In this document: positions 30,150 to 32,000 of the stretch, piece after piece
Numbering within the stretch: position 1 is the first letter of the stretch
Layout of the letters: every line of letters starts with the position of its first letter
Origin: Delftia acidovorans NBRC 14950
GTDB lineage: Bacteria; Pseudomonadota; Gammaproteobacteria; Burkholderiales; Burkholderiaceae_C
DNA length: 32,000 bases
Assembly (NCBI RefSeq): GCF_001598795.1
Contig: NZ_BCZP01000006.1
Span: forward strand, 180,001 to 212,000
Reading direction: 5' to 3'
Program-made: the position numbers and the translations under genes
The notes under the pieces: generated by a model
Told to the model about the DNA's origin: nothing
Databases searched by the model: none
What the model saw: only the letters and a program-made list of their open reading frames with translations

Positions 30150-31033
30150 GATTCCAGCGGCTTGTCGTTGGGCTTTTGCAGCAGCTGCTTGAGCAGGTCG
30201 CTCATGGGCAGGTTCAGCGGGGCATTCTTGGGCGGAATGGGCTGCACGAACCACTTGTCGTAGATCTTCGCCACTTCGCCCGAGGCCATCATGCCCACCA
30301 GCACGTCGTCCACGGCCTTCTTGAAGGCGGGGTCATCGCGGCGGAACAGGATGGCGATGGGCTCGGAGCCCAGCACCTCGCCCACGATCTTGAAGCCTGC
30401 AGGGTTCTTGGAGTTGGCGATGACGCCGGCCAGCAGGTTGTCGTCCAGCACGAAGGCATCGGCACGGCCCGATTCGAGCATCAGAAAGCTCTCGAAATGG
30501 TCCTTGCCCAGCGAGGTGGGCAGGTTCACGCCATTGTCGCGCCCGTACTTGCGCAGCAGCTGCACGGCGGTCGTGCCGGCCGAGGCCGCCACGGGCTTGC
30601 CGTCGAGCTGCTTGAAGGAGGTGATGCCCGAGTCGGCGCGCACGGCCATGCGCACCTGGCTCACGTAGGTGGTCACGGCAAAGGCCACCTGCTTTTGGCG
30701 AGCGAGGTTGTTCGTGGTCGGGCCGCAGCCGATGTCCACGGTGCCGTTCTGCACCAGGGGCATGGTGTTCTGCGAGGTCAGGGCCATGTACTCGATCTTG
30801 GCCTTGGGCACGATCTGGGCCAGCACCTTCTCGCACAGCTCCACGTGGTAGCCCACGTACTTCTGCGTGGTCCCGAAGGCATAGGCCATGGGCGCCGAGC
30901 TTTCGCGCACGCCCATCACCACCTTGCCTGTGCTCTGGATCTTGTCCAGCGTGCCGGCCGCCTCCTGTGCATGGGCAGCGCCAGTTGCCGCCACCACACA
31001 TGCCATCGCCACATGGGCCAGTACGAATCGCAT
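30134..31033 (-). CDS. gltI: Glutamate/aspartate-type amino-acid ABC periplasmic binding protein (family 3), 299 aa
   Basis: Near-collinear with E. coli GltI as I remember it: TLDKI..G, TSQN..PLVQNGT.D..CG.TTNN..R, GTT, DDALLAG-like, and DKWF..PIPPKN...PNDK. RBS AGGAGA sits upstream of the ATG at 31033. Confidence 0.8.
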   Translation of the reverse strand: MRFVLAHVAMACVVAATGAAHAQEAAGTLDKIQSTGKVVMGVRESSAPMAYAFGTTQKYVGYHVELCEKVLAQIVPKAKIEYMALTSQNTMPLVQNGTVDIGCGPTTNNLARQKQVAFAVTTYVSQVRMAVRADSGITSFKQLDGKPVAASAGTTAVQLLRKYGRDNGVNLPTSLGKDHFESFLMLESGRADAFVLDDNLLAGVIANSKNPAGFKIVGEVLGSEPIAILFRRDDPAFKKAVDDVLVGMMASGEVAKIYDKWFVQPIPPKNAPLNLPMSDLLKQLLQKPNDKPLESYAQQ

Positions 31034-31264
31034 CGAGGGTCTCCTTGGATAGTTGTTGCAGGTCCGAAGGCGCGCTGCGCCTCCACCCTGCCGTGCCGCC
31101 GTCACCGGCTGCCTCCAGGCAGGGCCGCCGTCAAGGCGATTGCATCAACTATCGAGCAATCAGGCGCCTGTGCATAACGATGAAATGGAAGAAGGTCATG
31201 CTCCACCCACATGACCCGGCACCCTGCTGGTGCGCCGCGTTGGCCACAGGCCCGCCGCGCCCGG

Positions 31265-32000
31265 TCAGCCGGCCGACCCTGCCGCAAGCCGGTGCATGAG
31301 GCCCTGCGTCGAGGCATCGACGCCCTGCCAGTCGCCGCTGTCCTGGCGCGCATGCAGCTGGCGCGCCAGGTGCTTGCCCAGCTCCACGCCCCATTGGTCG
31401 AAGCTGTTGATGCCCCAGACCGCACCTGCGGAAAAGACACGGTGCTCATACAGCGCGATCAGGGCGCCCAGCGATGCCGGGTCCAGCTGCTGCAGCAGCA
31501 GGAAGCTGCTGGGCCGGTTGCCCGCGCAATGGCGCTCTGCCCCTTCGCCGTGGCGCCCCTCCATCAGGGCCTGGGCCTGGGCAATGGCATTGACGACCAG
31601 GCTCTGGTGGTGTGCGCCCAGGTATTTGCCGCCGTCGCGCAGCGCGATGAACTCCACGGGAATCACGTCCTGGCCCTGGTGCAGCATCTGGAAGAAGGCA
31701 TGCTGGCCATTGGTGCCGGGCTCGCCCCAGATCACGGGCGCCGTGCGCACGGGCAGGGTCTGCCCGCCGCGCGTCACGCCCTTGCCGTTGCTCTCCATCT
31801 CCAGCTGCTGCAGGTAGGCGGTCAGCCGCCGCAGGCCATGGCTGTAGGGGGCAATGCAGCGGCTGGAGAAGCCGCAGAAATCGCGGTACCAGACGTCCAG
31901 CAGGCCCAGGCGCAGCGGCAGGTTGCCGTCCACGCCCGAGGAAAAGAAATGCGCGTCCATGGCATGCGCGCCGTCCAGCAGCGCACGGAACTGCGCCGCG
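31265..32000 (-). CDS. pgi: Glucose-6-phosphate isomerase, 3' portion (5' end lies beyond the window)
   Basis: LEMESNGK, GTNGQHAFFQMLHQG and SFDQWGVELGK signatures. The frame stays open to base 32000. Confidence 0.92.
   Translation of the reverse strand, partial: AAQFRALLDGAHAMDAHFFSSGVDGNLPLRLGLLDVWYRDFCGFSSRCIAPYSHGLRRLTAYLQQLEMESNGKGVTRGGQTLPVRTAPVIWGEPGTNGQHAFFQMLHQGQDVIPVEFIALRDGGKYLGAHHQSLVVNAIAQAQALMEGRHGEGAERHCAGNRPSSFLLLQQLDPASLGALIALYEHRVFSAGAVWGINSFDQWGVELGKHLARQLHARQDSGDWQGVDASTQGLMHRLAAGSAG

Overview
This is a high-GC, densely coding chromosomal segment. The GroEL, efflux and Dpp-type proteins look betaproteobacterial, Burkholderiales/Comamonadaceae-like, but that placement is inference. 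I call 27 protein genes. I saw no rRNA or tRNA genes, CRISPR arrays, transposases, integrases, phage genes or recognisable defence genes. Gene order: rtcB (3' part); an AcoR-like sigma54 activator divergent from a sigma54 promoter, an aldehyde dehydrogenase and a DUF779 gene; a minus-strand tetR, MFP, RND pump and exported peroxiredoxin with a divergent NodT-type outer-membrane factor; DUF4148; DUF1348 divergent from a second TetR; groES-groEL behind a sigma32-like promoter and a perfect CIRCE; a class-I aminotransferase and an HglS/DUF1338 gene divergent from a LysR regulator; a tightly packed seven-gene minus-strand operon (family-5 binding protein, two permeases, two ATPases, YtcJ-like amidohydrolase, COG0523 GTPase) divergent from a MocR regulator; a gltI-like binding protein with no transporter partners; and pgi (3' part). 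The best candidate for something uncharacterised is the importer + amidohydrolase + COG0523 + MocR module, especially the translational coupling of the GTPase to the hydrolase. The rest looks like ordinary core or accessory metabolism with some clean regulatory sites. The many very long ORFs antisense to real genes are GC-content artefacts. All calls rest on reading the sequence and translations by eye; no searches were run.
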